Shown piece by piece: positions 27,404 through 41,644 of a stretch of DNA of 64,000 bases. The first letter of the stretch is position 1, and each line of letters opens with the position of its first letter. This stretch comes from the human T2T-CHM13v2.0 reference genome, Homo sapiens. Both the position numbers and the translations under genes were made by a program. Under the pieces are notes generated by a model. It did no database searches. It was not told the DNA's origin and saw only the letters and a program-made list of their open reading frames with translations. The DNA is taken from assembly GCF_009914755.1 (NCBI RefSeq), contig NC_060933.1; one strand, given 5' to 3'.

Positions 27404-27913
27404 CTCGGTGGTTAATGTGTTGACTTGACTTGGAGCATAGGTTGTCCAGACATTTGGACAAACATTATTCTAGATGATTCTGTGAGGGTGACTCTGGGTG
27501 AGATTAACATTTGAACCAGTACACTGAGTAAAGCAGATTGCCCTCTCTAATGTGGGTGGGCCCCAAGGGTGGGCCCCGCCCAATCAGTTGAAGGCCTGAA
27601 TAGAACTAACAGGCTGACCCTCCCTCTAGTAAGAGGGAACTCCTCCTACCCAAATGCCTTCAGGCTGGGGCATTTTTTTTTTTTTTCCTGCTTTCAGACT
27701 AACTGATGCTTCAGCTATTCCTGGATCTCCAGCCTGCCAACCTTCAGATTGAAACTACACCATCAGTTCCCTCGGTCTCCAGTTTCTCACTGCAGATCTT
27801 GGCCCCTGTCAGCCTCCATAATCACATGAGCCAATTTCTTATAATAAATCTCTTTCTATATATACATATTCATCTTGTTGGTTCTGTTTCCTTAAAGAAC
27901 TTGGACTAAAACA
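27404..27913 (+). mobile_element. MLT2 (C/D-type) ERVL solo LTR
   Basis: GAGATTAACATTTGAA..CTGAGTAAAGCAGATTGCCCTC..AATGTGGGTGGGCC..CAATCAGTTGAAGGCCTGAATAGAAC...GGTTCTGTTTC..GAAC..GACTAAAACA. Confidence 0.9.
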
Positions 27914-27914
27914 C

Positions 27915-28368
27915 ATATCATGCATGTTGTGCTTGTCTGTTGACTCACTCAGTTGTTGTGGGGTCACAGCCAGGCCTACAAGCTCCTCCAGCTTTCATAA
28001 ATCTCCTCCTTTAGCTTCTCCCATGCCTGGAACAGGTGTGCCTGGCCAGGACAAAGGATGTCAGCTTCTCTTGCCAAACACTCCCTTTTCAAACTTGAAG
28101 ACTGGAGGCAGTGAGAGACGGACGTGATTCTCAGCCAGTACCCGTGGATGGCAGTTCATCCTCACAGGTTTCAGTTTATTCTTGCCTTCTCTATCTCATC
28201 TCCAACTTCCCTTCCTAACTGCCCACCCTGCTGACTTCAGGCTTCATCCACAGTCACAGAAGCAAGACCTCACTGTATATGACCATATAACAAGCTCCCA
28301 CAATTGCATAAGGTCAAGTCCCTATAATAAATACTCTGCTTCTCTGACCAAACCATGACTGATGTACA
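27915..28368 (+). mobile_element. LTR33-like ERVL LTR
   Basis: 3' end CCCTATAATAAAT..CTGCTTCTCTGACCAAACCATGACTGATGTACA. Confidence 0.55.
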
Positions 28369-29562
28369 CCTCAATGGTTTCCCTTAATGCATACAGATCA
28401 ATGCCTTATGTGCATGAATGTGGTCTAGAGAAGTGGCTGCATGGTAGGATCCACTTGTCCTTTTTGAATCATTACAGACGTCTCTCCTTCTCACACTCTT
28501 CAGCCACAATGACTTTTTATTTTCTTTTTCCTTAAGTGTATCCACACAACAGCTTCCATATTTACACACATGATTTTCTTTCTGCCCCAAATATTATTTT
28601 TGTCAGTTTGTGAATTCTTCAGGTCTTAATGTAGATATCACTTCCCAGAGAAGTCTCCCAGTAGTCTATGGAATTAGGTAATTATCTCTTCATATGTTCC
28701 CATAGCACCCCATAGCATATCACCTTAACATTGTAATGAGTTATGTAAGTATTTATAATATTAAGTACTTATCTTTGTAAATGGCCATGTCTAGTTTTTC
28801 TTACTGCAGCTCCTCACAGCATCCAAACGCCCAGTCCCTGGTACTGACTGAACAACTGTAGATGGTTATACCATTCTCTAAAATTCTTCTCATTTCCTGA
28901 ACAAACCAAGCATGCCTCATTCAGCTCTTCATAGTGAGTTCTATTTATCCTTCTTTCTCTATTGTGACACATCATGGACTTACTAATTACATTTGGTTGA
29001 ATACTCATTCATGATGAGAATCCGACCTTTTTTTTTCCTAATTAACTTGGTCTTCCAATCAGTCAAGTTACTAAATATTTGAACAGAAAAACAAATGTTG
29101 GTAATTTACTCAATCCAAGCTCACAAATTCATCGGCAACTCTCCCAAGTTCTTCCTACCTATGTGACCTTGGATAGTAGCTATGCTGACTTCATTGGGAA
29201 TGTTATGGAAATAGTATTGCTGTATTGCCTGTTTTCCTGATGATTCAAAAATGCATTTTAGGGAGGAACATGAAAGAAGTATGACTGTGGCTCACTTATC
29301 AACCACTTTAATACTTTGTGATTATTCGTAGCAACCATACTTTATTTCTTCCATTTCACTTTTTAATTGCGATCTTCAATAGAATGCCTAAATTCCAATT
29401 TGCTTTAGTTAGAGTGTTTCCGGGAGGGGTAGAATTGAGTAGAGAGTTTATGGTTTCAGAAATTTTGAAAGAAGAAATTGTATAACCTTTTCAACATGTC
29501 TTCTATTTTCTGTTTTTTTCCTCTTCTTGATTTCTTATACTCATGTTTCAAGGGATTTCTTT

Positions 29563-29585
29563 AAAAAAAAAAAAAAAAAAAAAAA
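29563..29585. repeat. Poly(A)23 tract
   Basis: Pure A run with no Alu or L1 body upstream. Confidence 0.9.
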
Positions 29586-29609
29586 GCAATTGCTTTCTAG
29601 ACGTTAACC

Positions 29610-30050
29610 ATCGGGGAGCTTGAAAAAACCTTCCAGATGGAATATATATATGAAAAATCTCATCTCAATGAAAAATAAATCCCCCAAATAGAGGTATGTA
29701 ATGAAACACCTAATTCACTCCAACTACACTGGTCATATTGCTGCAATATTATAATGCCAGATGACTCTTTTAGCACCATGGACAACAGCTGGCCTTCCAT
29801 CAGGAATGTCTAAAAATGAATGCAATGCTATCTCTTTCCAATAGAAATTTGGCTAGTATTTGAGGTCCATTGAATGGCACACTCCTCATAGTCATGCTAA
29901 GCAATTAGAGATTTTTAATAAGAAGCTTTAAAAAGCCTTTTATTCTGTTTACTCTCTGGAAATCTGGATTTCTACATTGCTACATGACATCATTGAACAC
30001 TGAAAAAGATCTGTCAAAAGTCATCCAATTGCAACACCAACAATCATTTT
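29610..30050 (+). mobile_element. Probable ancient RTE-clade LINE reverse-transcriptase fossil (MamRTE1/L4-like)
   Basis: Collinear degenerate RT motifs: NYTG-ILL (~NYRGISLL), AGLPSGMS (~QAGFRSGRS), SIEWHTP (~SIEWNTP), F-KAFYSV (~DFKKAFDSV). Confidence 0.5.
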
Positions 30051-30191
30051 CTCAGTCTTTAAGTTCTATGACCTCTCTGAAAATTTGTCATAGTGATTAT
30101 GCCCTATAGGGCAGAATTTTTTCCCTTTTTCTTTTTTCCCCCACCATCATATTATTATTAATCTATAGTCTCTTCCCAACTCCTTTTTGCC

Positions 30192-30490
30192 TTTTTTTTT
30201 TTTTTTTTTTGACAGGATCTCTCTCTGTTACTCACAGGCTGGAGTGCAGTGGCATGATCTCAGCTCACTGCAACCTCTGCCTCTCAGACTCAAGTGATTC
30301 TCCTGCCTCAGCCTTCTGAGTACCTGAGTTTACAGACATGCACCACCATGCCTGGCTGATTTTTGTATTTTTAATAGACGGGGTTTCACCATGTTGCCCA
30401 GGCTGGTCTTGAACTCCTGACCTCAAGTGATCCACCTGCCTCGGCCTCCCAGAGTGCTGGGATTACAAGTGTGAGCTGCTGTGCTCAGTC
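30192..30490 (-). mobile_element. Alu (Jb/Sz-like), full length
   Basis: Poly-T followed by reverse Alu dimer. Confidence 0.95.
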
Positions 30491-30598
30491 CTGTTTTGCT
30501 TATTTTTACCTTTTAAATACATTTTTCTTCCACAAAGCACATTATTTTCATTAATTTCTTAAAATTACACTAATATTCTTTTCTTTGAAAATCCCTTC

Positions 30599-31040
30599 AT
30601 TATGTTAAGTGAAATAAGCCAGGCACAGAAAGACAAACATCAGAGGTTCTCACTTATCCATGAGAGCTGAAAATTATAACAATTGAATTCATGGAGGTAG
30701 AGAGTAGCAGGGTGGTTATCTGAGGCTGGGAAGCATAGTTGGGGGTGGGGGATATGGGAAAGAGGGGATGGTTAATGGGCACAAAAATAGTTAAAGAACA
30801 AATAAGACATAGTATTTGTTGGCACAACAAGGTGACTATAGTAAAAAAGAATTTAATTAATTGTTCAATTTAAAGTAACTAAAAGAGTATAACTGGATTA
30901 TTTGAAACACAAAGGGTAAATTCTTGAGGTGATAGATACCCTATTTTCCCTGATACACTGCCTGCTTGTATCAAAATATCTCATGTAATCTACACATATA
31001 TACACCTACTATGTACCCACAAAAAAATTTTTTTTACAAA
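30599..31040 (+). mobile_element. L1MA (MA2/MA3-like) 3' end
   Basis: ATTATGTTAAGTGAAATAAGCCAGGCACAGAAAGACAAAC...CACCTACTATGTACCCACAAAAA; perfect 12-bp TSD GAAAATCCCTTC at 30587-30598 and 31041-31052. Confidence 0.9.
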
Positions 31041-33524
31041 GAAAATCCCTTCCAGGACCATTACCTCTGTAGAGGTGACACTGAAATCTCTTTTTCTATT
31101 TCTGACGATCCTCCTAAGCTATAAGTTTTCATATTTCCAACAACCTGCTAGATCCTTTAAATCGGGTGTGGCTGATACCTCAAATATGTCTGAAATGAAA
31201 CTTATTCATATTCTCTTTAAAATTCTGCAACTCTTTCTTTGTCTCTTAATTACATTTTTTGTAGTGCTTTCCTCCTTTAGATAAACTCATTTTAGCACCT
31301 AGAAGTTATTCTTTACTTCTTTCTTTCACAACTAAACAAGGGTCAAGTTCTTTTCATGTGACCCCACAATAAGACTGTCTGTGCTAAGCAAAACAATTCA
31401 TTACTTACCCAGTTGTCATAATTGCACTGTTGTATCTGGCTCCAAGGCTGGAGAGCATCTCTATTTCACAAAAGAAGTTCCATACGCCCATTTCAGTGCT
31501 GCTACCCTATGTCAGGGTTCATTTTCTTTTGCCTCTTGCCTGTTCTTTTGAAGTAAATCAGTATAATAGAAGGAACTCAAGCCAAAAGCCCCACCAGTGT
31601 GAGTTTTAACATTGCCTCTTACACTAACTACCACTGTGTGAATTCTGATGGCATCTAAGTTGTCCTAGATATAAAAATGAGGGTGATCATAAAACTGTCA
31701 CAGATTTGTTGTGAGAATAAAATGAGTTGACATGTGCAAAGTGATTAGCCATGCTCCTAGCACAGAGTAGGACTTCAACAAATATTAGTTACCTTCTCTT
31801 TCTCATCCTAACATGGATCTCTGTTACCAGTCCTTCCATTCTAATCCATATTAAATAGTATTGCTTAATTGATCTTTTCATACTGCTCTTCTAATAGTTC
31901 TATTACTGTCCCACTGACTGCAGAAAGCTCAAATTCCTTAACTCAGCATTCAAAGTTATCATTTAACTGCCCCCAATCTACACTTCCAACATAATTTCCC
32001 ATTCTACTTTGTTGAAACTACAGGGAATACCACCCTGAACCTTGCATTTCCTGACATCAGGCCTGTTCATGCTATTTTTTTTTTCTTTTTGTTTTTTTTA
32101 AAGGAGGGATACCTTTCACATCTCCAAATACATGCTTTAAGTTCTAGCTAAAAACTCTCTCTTTTATTATTATATTGAAGATCCCTCAGCTAAATAGGAT
32201 TTCTTTTTATTCCAAATTTCCATAGCGACTTAAATATATTTTTCATACAGTACTGATTACACTTTAGTTTGTTAACTACATATTTATGGTATTTGTTTTA
32301 TATTCCTTGCTGAACTATCTGTTTTTTAAAGATAGGAAGCACATGAAAACCATACTCATATTACCAACAGTACCTAACATAATGTTTTCTGCATTGTAAG
32401 TATTCAATAAATATTTGTTATAACATGAATATCCTGTCAGTTATCATCACATTTGCATAGCTACCTCATTAGCGAGAAACCTGTGAAATCAAGAAACAGT
32501 CCAAATGATGACACATTTGAGGTATAATATCTGTTATACCTGTAAAGACTCATATTCACTATAAAGAAGTCCAGTAATTTAAGCAATGAATTTTTGACTG
32601 CCGCCCTTCTGAAGTCATTATGGTCCTGACTGATTGGTTTTATGTATGTATGTATATGTGTGTATATGCACATATGTATATATACATATATGTATATGAC
32701 CTTCCTTCTGCTCCTTCCTTTCCTGGGTAATTGAATTAGACTTATTATGTTAAATAGATGTGTTTCCTAACCTGGGAGCCAGATGTAAACCCTAGTGCAT
32801 GATAAAAATATCATAAAGGGGAAGCATGTTTACTTTCTCCTATGGGGAATGAAATACAGGTAAATAATGAATTGCTTTGCTTAACATGGGCAGTCTTACT
32901 ATTGCTTTTATTTTTGAAATGTCATTAGAAACAATGGAATCAAAAAGCTCTATAGATGGAAGTATCAAGTTATTAAACTCATAATTCCAACTCTCCTAGT
33001 AATATTCCTTCTCCACACGTATCCCCTTGTCATAAGGGTGGTGATGGTATTTTTGTGGGAAGAAGATTGAATTGAGAAAGGGGACTGGTAAGTTTTATTT
33101 ATGAAATTTTGGTAAGACAATCTCTCTTCAGACAAAGTTGGACTGACACTTGGTCTGGCTCTACAGAAAGGTTATATTTTATGAGCAATAAAATATCCTA
33201 GGATTCTGATTGGTCCATATTTTCATGTGACCCCATGACATCCAAAGGTCCACAGATATGGACATGAGGGTTTGGTTGCTGTAGCAGAAGGTATTACGAA
33301 AGGTACAAACATACATTAAGTCGGTGCAGGGTGGTGTTTAGAGCTGGATAAAGAGAAGGAGGAGAAAATTACCTCACCCTTGCAATAAGGCTTGGCCAAG
33401 CTTGTTTTCTTTTCTGCTGATGTACAGATAACAATGACTAAGAGGCAAGGTCTATGGGACAGTCATTGACAGCATGAGAAATTCAGAAGTGTGTGAGGAG
33501 TTTGAAAACACTTTTGTTGAGACA

Positions 33525-33770
33525 TTTTTTGTTTTTTATTTTAATTTGTATTTATTTATTTAACTTTTATTTTAGGTTTAGGGGTACATGTGAAGGTTTG
33601 TTACATAGGTAAACATATGTCACAGGGATTTGTTGTACAGATTATTTCGTCACCAAGGTATTCAGCTCCTCTCCCTCCTTCCACCCTCCCCCTTGAGGTA
33701 AACCCCAGTGTCTGTTGTTTCCTTCTTTGTGTTTATAAGTTCTTACCATTTAGCTCTCATGTATAAGTGG
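33525..33770 (-). mobile_element. L1PA13-16-type 3' end
   Basis: TTAACTTTTATTTTAGGTTTAGGGGTACATGTGAAGGTTTGTTACATAGGTAAAC. Confidence 0.85.
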
Positions 33771-34109
33771 GAGCCAGCTCAATATCCCATGGCTCCTAAA
33801 GGTCACTGGACTATCAAACGAGTCTTTTCTTTTTCTTTGTGCTGCCTTATTTTGGTCCAGGAATCACCTTCTGTTTAGGATATGCATTTATCTCAGGGAT
33901 GGGTAGAGACAATGCAGGCTTGGTTAGAGAAGATCTGCACACTGGACTTAAGTGGGCCAAAGATAGAGAGGACCATGTTATTAGGCTTTTTCTAAGTGGC
34001 CCAGGCCTATCCCTAGGGCAGGAAATGAAACCAGAATTCAAGGCAGATCCTGCAACAAGAACTATTAACGTTTCATTTTTCTAGAACTTATCTTTCACTA
34101 TAGACTAAT

Positions 34110-34350
34110 GGTTAATAGATAGGTTCAAAAGGAATCCTGCCATGTTTTTTGAATCCTGAGTCTTCCACTAAATAGCTGTGTGGCCTTGGTCAAGTCATTT
34201 AACCTCTCTGAGCTTCAGTTTCTGCAACTGTAACATGGAAATAATACCAGCCACCTAATTCCGTGAGTTACTGTATAAATAAGTTAATTTATACAAATCA
34301 CTGGGAACAGTGTCTAATTCTCAGGAAGTTCCATTAAATGTCTGCTTTTT
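34110..34350 (+). mobile_element. MIR SINE
   Basis: AGCTGTGTGGCCTTGGTCAAGTCATTTAACCTCTCTGAGCTTCAGTTTC core. Confidence 0.85.
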
Positions 34351-34411
34351 TAGTTATTTCCTTGCTCACTGTTACTTGATAGTAGTTGGTTGTAGTTCAA
34401 AAGGATAAGGG

Positions 34412-36210
34412 CACCTGATTTCCAAACATATTATAAAGCAATTATAATCAAAACAGCATGATATTGGCATAAAAGCAGACACATGGACCAATAGGATAGA
34501 ATAGATTTCCCAGAAATAAACCTACATATCTGTGATCAGTTGATTTTCAACAACGGTGCCAAGAAAACACAATGTGGAAAAGATAGTCTCTTCAATAAAT
34601 GGCGCTGGGAAAACTGGATATCCACATGCATAATAATGAAACTCAATCCTCTCTCACAGCAAACAAAATAATCACCTCAAAATGGATTAAATAATTCAAT
34701 ATAAGGTCTGAAACTGTGAAATTACTAGAAAAAAATAAATAAGGAAAAGATTCACAACATTGATTTGGGGAACAATTTTTTTTATATGAGCACAAGCAAC
34801 AAAAGCAAAAATAAACAAATGGGATGGCATCAAACTAAAAGGCTTCTGCACAGCAAAGGAAACAATTAACAAAGTGAAGAGACAACCCACGGAATGGGAG
34901 AAAATATTTGCAAAACATGTACCTGATAAGGAGTTAGTATTCAAAATATAAAAAACCCAGACAACTCAATGGCAAGAAAACAAATAACCCTAGCAAAGAA
35001 CTTGAACAGATATTTTTCAAAAACGGGTATACAAGACTGCAACAGGTACATGAAAAAATGTTCAGCATCACCAATCATTAGAGAAATGCAAATAAAAACC
35101 ACAATGAGATATCCTACATCTGTTAAAATGGCATTTATTAAAAAAATGAGGCTGGGCACTGTGGCTCCTGCCTGTAATCCCAACACTTTGGGAGGCCAGG
35201 GCAGGAGGACTGCTTGAGGCTAGGAGTTCAAGACCAGCCTGGGTACCATAGCAAGACTCTACCTCTACAAAAAGATTTTAAAAAGAGCCTGATATGGTGG
35301 TGTGTGCCTGTAGTTTTAGCTACTCAGAAGGCTGAAACAGAAGAATTACTTGAGCCAAAGAGGTCGAGGCTACAGTGAGCTATCATCATGCCATTGCACT
35401 TTAGCCTGGGTGACAGGGTGAGACCTTGTCTCTAAAATTAAAAAAAAGCAAAGTTATAACTTTTGGGCAGGAATGTAAACTAGTACAGCCATTATGAAAA
35501 AATGATATGGAAGCTTCTCAGAAAAAAGAACCATCACATGATTCAGTAACCCCACTTCTGGGTATATCTTCAAAGGAATTGAAATCTGTATGTCAAAGAG
35601 ATACCTGTACTCCCATAGTTACTGCAGCATGATTCTCAAAAATCAAGATATAGAATAAACCTGTGTCTACCAACAGATGAATGGATGAAGAAAATGTGGT
35701 AAACATATCCAATGGAATACTAGTCAGCCTTTAGAAAGAAGGAAATTTTTTCCTTTGGGACAATGTGGATGAACCTGGAGGACATTACACTAAGTAAAAT
35801 AACCCAGGTACAGAAAGATGAATTTCACGTGATCTCACTGACATGTGGAGTCTAAAAAAGTTGAAGTCACAGAAGTAGAGAGGAGAATGATGTTTACCAG
35901 AGGCAGGGCAGGTGGAGAGGTGGGGAGGGAGGGAAAGGGGAGTTGTTGAGCAAAAGGTACAATATTTCAGGCAGAAGAAACACGTTTTGAGATTGATTGC
36001 ACAGGACAGTGACTATAGTCAATAATAATTGATTATATATTTCAGATTAAGAGTAAATTTCAGATGTCTCACCATAAAAATATGTAAATGACATGATGGA
36101 TATGTTAATTAGCCTGATTTAATCATTCCATATTGTATACGTGTATCAAAATATCACATTGTACTCTATAAATGTATACAATTATGATCTGTCAATTAAA
36201 AATAGTAGTA
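34412..36210 (+). mobile_element. L1MA (MA6-8-like), ORF2 3' part plus 3'UTR, interrupted by AluJ
   Basis: ORF 34969-35217 ([33 protein letters not shown]) is L1 ORF2 C-terminus; 3'UTR GATGGATATGTTAATTAGCCTGATTTAATCATTCC. Confidence 0.9.
35150..35448 (+). mobile_element. AluJ (Jo/Jr-like)
   Basis: GGAGGACTGCTTGAGGCTAGGAGTTCAAGACCAGCCTGGG and GAGGCTACAGTGAGCTAT J-type diagnostics. Confidence 0.9.
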
Positions 36211-36354
36211 ATTTTAAGAATTGAAAAAAGACCAGGGAACAACATAATCCTCCAGCAAAAATCTTTATTACACTGGAATTATCCTTACGACCCTTTGTGT
36301 GAGTATGGATTTTCTATAGGTTTATTAAATCAGTAAATCAAAATATATTTGCTA

Positions 36355-36736
<382 letters not shown>

Positions 36737-37869
36737 TAATCAACACCAATTAAATGATGATCCTTGGAAACAGAAACATAAACAGGACACTAATGCATAA
36801 ACTGGTAACAGTCCATTCATTCTGTGGACATATGGGCTTTAGTTGCAATCTAGCTCTTGGAAAGTGATTTATAATTAAACCATTTTACTTGCCTAGAAAA
36901 TATTTCAACTAGTGTTGACTTGAGTCACAATATTTGGAAAGCACTACTGAAAAAAAATTGTGTTGTATGCAAGTGTAACTAAGTCTACCTGATATTGAAA
37001 CAACGGAGGCATGGACAATCGATTAAAGGGTATGGTCAGTTGTATCCTTAGTATGGCCTTTGAGGTACCTTAATCCACATTTCCTTAATTATCATGATAA
37101 TTAGGCTAGTCTCTGGATTTAGGCTGAATGATGTGGGTAATGGTGGCAGAAGCCGTTTCCTGAGGGCAGATTTACACTCTCATCTTGGCAGAATCAACTA
37201 TTTGCTTTGTGATTGTGGAAACATTTGGAGAGAAACATTAATTTTCCATCCATTAACTTTGGTGGATATGAACACCCTAGAGGGAAAAATGTGTGAAGCC
37301 GCTTAACAACCTTTTGACTGCTAGGAAGGTAAAAATGTTTTGAAAATATTTTCCTTTGCAAAGGAAAAAAATAGAGAAAAACCTCAACTATTCAATCAGG
37401 GAATAGTCTGTCTTTCACCAAGGTTTTTGTAAATGTTTGCACCTTCTCAAAATGCAACACTTTTGTGGAGGCATGACCTATTTGATTTATTTCCTACCTA
37501 GACATAAATTAACCTGATAGTCCAGATACTTATTAAGAGGATTGCTTTCTTTTAATCATACATTATTTTTTCTCCATAGGTCAGATACATTTTGCTAATG
37601 GTGATTCAGTAAAGGAGAATATTGTGGATTGAAAAGGGAGAAAGAAAGTAAGTGGATGAAAAAATAAAAGTGATTTTATTTTTGCATCGCAACCTTTAGG
37701 AGAACTAAAGCTAAGTTCAAATCAATAGAGTCTTGGAAATGAGTTTGTATATATTGGAAAAGAAGAAGCCATGGTGAGCAAAGATGGGCAATAGAGGCAG
37801 TCAGATGATCTCTGGGTGCTGGGCTGGAATTAATCAAGTTGAAGGTAAAGCCGCATAATCCTGAGTACT

Positions 37870-38680
37870 TGTTTATTCTGCCAACAAATAAATGCAGCAT
37901 CATCAAACAGCTAGTGTATGCTAAGCCCTGTGCCAGACACACAAAGAATATTTAGCTAGGGAAGAAAGATGTGGCCCCTTGTTGCCCTAGAACTTATAGT
38001 ATAGAGAGGATCACAGAAATTAAACAAGTAACTAAATACACAATAAAATAATAAAAATTAGGATGAATGCTGCAGAGAAGGAACTGTATAAGAATATAAA
38101 CCAGAATGGTCTGGTCCAATCAAGGAGATCAGGAGAAATTCCTTGACAAAAGGATGTGAAATTTGAGCTTGAGAGGTTCTTAAGTATGACTGAGTGAATG
38201 GGAATATGTGTGGAGGTTCCCAAGGGTTGGAAAGGGTTGTGGTTAAAAGGGAAAGAGAATCTGAAAGCCCCAGGGAAAGAGAGATCCATGCAAAGGTACT
38301 GGGGCAGAGAGGAACTTTGAATATGGGAAATTCAGAAGATGGAAGAAAGTGAAGGGAGAGAGTGGGATGAGAAGTGGTCTAAGAGGGAGGTAAGGCTAAA
38401 GAATGCAAGGCCCTATCAGTCAGTCAAAATAAGGATTTTGGGCCAGCACTGGGGAGACTTTGGAGGGATTTAAGCAGGAGATAGAGATGATCATATTTGT
38501 ATTTCGAAAAGAGCCCGTTGGTTACAGTGCAAATAATGCATCAAAAGGGGCAATAGCTGCTACAGAAAAGCTGGTTAGAAGGCTGTTGCGCAGTTCAAGA
38601 AAGAGACAATGGTGACATGGCCAGAGAAAATGGCGATGGGGAAGGAAACAAGTAGAAGGATGGGAGAGATGTTACGAGTG
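37870..38680 (-). mobile_element. L2 LINE fragment
   Basis: Reverse L2 body (GGATTTTGG..GGATTTAAGCAGGAGATAGAGATGATCATATTTGTATTT). Confidence 0.75.
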
Positions 38681-41327
38681 ATGAAGGACCTGATGCTAGA
38701 GAAGGTGAATAAAACCCCCTACCTCCACAACCTGCTCCATTCTTCCAAAAATACAAGGAAGCTTCCTTCTAATTTGGCTAAACTAAGTATATTAATGAAT
38801 TTTACCCAGGCTTTTTCCCAGCTAAGTTATTCTGCATGCCTGGAACCACAACATACCAGGAGGCAGACACTCAACACACTGAATACTAATGCACTTTCCA
38901 TTTTCTTTTGCCTTTACTGGTTGGTACAAAATTAAAAGTAAGCTCTCTGCTATCAGGAATGGCCAAGGAATAAAAAATGTTCTGGTTACTAGAGAAATGC
39001 AAAGCATGCCATATAACTCTTACTGCTTTTCAAAGCTTAGCACACAATATGTAAGAGAGAGCACAATGTATTAAATGAGATGGCATACAGAGATAAGAAA
39101 CAGAGTAACTGGGCTGGAATTTAACTTCTACCATGGTACTGGATGTGAAGCCTTGGACAAGTCACCAGACAGGGTAAGAAAGCAGTTAAGAACATGAATT
39201 AACAGAGTCAAAGGATGCCTCATGTGAAACCCTGCTCTGATATTAGTAAACTGTGAACTTGAGCCTTCTTCTTAACCTCTTCAAGACTTTCCAGCCTCAT
39301 CTGTCAAATGGAGATAAAAATGCCAACTTCTCATGATCATTACAGCAATTAAATGAAATCACACATGTAAAGTGTCAAACAACTTACCTCTAGCAATTGT
39401 TTTTCTCTAAAGTTTTGTTTCTTCATTTGCATGCTAAAGATAGTAATGCTTTTCCCACTTAGGGAGTTGTTATAACGGTCCCCAAAGTGACTACATATAA
39501 ATTTTTTAAAAACAATTTTTAAAGAAATGGTGAAGTCTTGATCCTAATTTTTATGCTATTATTTTGTAGATATACACTAAAGCTGAGCCTTTTTACTTTT
39601 TTCTTGGTGAATCAACAGCACTCCAGAATTTTCCAGCTCCTTTAGTCTATTTCTATAGCATTACTATAGTATAGAAGTGACTACTGAAGGTGCATAGAAT
39701 TGAATTAAATACATATGGACCCCAGGACATATCAAGGAAAGTATTTTCTCAAGATAAATCCAGGATATCAGCTTGTGGACTCGGAATTTTTTTCTTTTCA
39801 CTTTTGCATAAAAGCCAAATGTAGACAGGGCATATTCAAACTTGCCAGATAATAAAGGGTTTTGGTTATAGAATGGCAGGTGAACTAGCTTTTACTGTAT
39901 TGCCCATGTGCTATTATGGTCTATAAAACATCTCTACTTAATATGTACCTCTGGATATGGACATGTCTAACTTATGGTTCAGTCTATTCAAAGATTGGTT
40001 GAAGGGCCCTTCTTGACAATTAGGCTGAGTTGGGGGTCACCAAGTAGATTGATTTGAAAGGCACTGACCATGCCCCCAATTATCCCTCCCACAGCCACAC
40101 AGTTCCTGAAATTCAATTGTTAAAATTAATTCTTTTAGGCCTTGAGAGGATTTTGGCAATAGAAGTAATAAAATGCAAGCGCAGAAAGTACCTTAGAGGT
40201 TATTTGATTCAACAACCTTATTTTGTAGGTGAGCAAACTGAGGTCCAACAGGAAGACTCTCCCTTTCCTCCAAGGTCAAATGCTAAATTAGCCTAAACAT
40301 CCAGGACATTGGCATCCTGTCTGGCCAGCATTCTCCTGACTAGACAACTTTCCTGATGTTCAGAGGTCCCAGGAAGCAGAAGGAGTCCTCCTCCTGCCTT
40401 CATCTCTGGAAAAGTCAGAACTTCAGCTTATTCCTTGACTATTTTTGGTGCTCCAACTGTCCTGAGGACCAAGATGCTGATGTTTTATGTTTCTTTAAAA
40501 GAGAGAGCCCAACTTGCTGAAACATAAAAATTAAAAAAATCACAAATACAACAGCTTTTATAAAACAGACTATCTGGCAGGAAATGCATTCCCCTGAAGG
40601 GGAAATGGGATTCAACAAGTGATGAGGCAAAGGCATGAATCAGCAGTGGTCGTTTTTAAACTGAGAAGTGGACGTGTTTATGCTCTGCAGAATGAAATGG
40701 CAGGTTAACTGTTATCGAATGTAAAAACGCATTTCCTCTGTGAGTGCAGAAATGTAGTCTTGTCTGCACATCTACGATGAAGTGGAGAAATACAGAGAAT
40801 CTGTCAGTAATTGAGTGGAGAGGTAAGGTCTACCAAATAATAACAGTTAAGGTATTGAACACCTACTATGTGCTAAGAACCCTGTGTACAGGACCTTTAA
40901 TTGTTGCAACAACTCTATGAAGCTTAGATTCTTATTATTCCCATTTCACAGATGAGAAAACTAAGGCTCAGAAGCTTGACCAAAGTCACTGCGTTAATAG
41001 ATGCCAGAAAAGGATCTGAAACCAGATCAATTTCCAAAACCCAGTAATTTGAATGGCTTCCAAATCAACAGTCACGCACTCTCTGGTCTTCTATCTCTAA
41101 GTCTTATTTGAACAAACCATTCCATTCTTGGCTATGCCTCACAAACTCTGTGTCTCGGTTTCTTCCTATCTTAAATGGATATTGTAAAGATAAAATGAGA
41201 TCATGGATGTAAAAACATTTATAGGTAGATGGCGTGTAGTGCAGATATGACTTTTAATAACTATTGTTTTCGTAACTGCAATATTTGTGGGCATAGCTCA
41301 TTAAGAAAAAGATTGGCATATGAAAAA

Positions 41328-41354
41328 TGTGTGTGTGTGTGTGTGTGTGTGTGT
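41328..41354. repeat. (TG)n microsatellite
   Basis: TG run. Confidence 0.95.
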
Positions 41355-41644
41355 ACATTTTGAGGATAAATTAGAAAATCCTTTGAAAAGGTTTTTATAA
41401 TAATCATTAAGTAATGTGAGTAATGGCTTCTGTAAGAAGAGAAGCATTTAGGTATTTAATAAATGATATTTTTCTGGATACTACTTTTTTTATTAGTCTT
41501 ATAGGCAAAACTGCACAATATTCAGTGCTTATCCAAAGGCTATTTCTTGGAAAGTCTATAGTCACATAATAAAAACAGGTTTTGAATAGTGATGAAAATA
41601 GAAATAACATTTATTAAGAACTTATGCTATGATAATGACACCAC

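Noticed and set aside
29563-29585. Poly(A)23 as the tail of a processed pseudogene
   Set aside because: No upstream poly(A) signal at the right distance, no TSD and no recognisable mRNA body.
40677-40828. Possible 132-nt exon (ctctgcag ... GAG/gtaagg)
   Set aside because: Stops in all three frames and a weak polypyrimidine tract; cannot be supported without RNA data.
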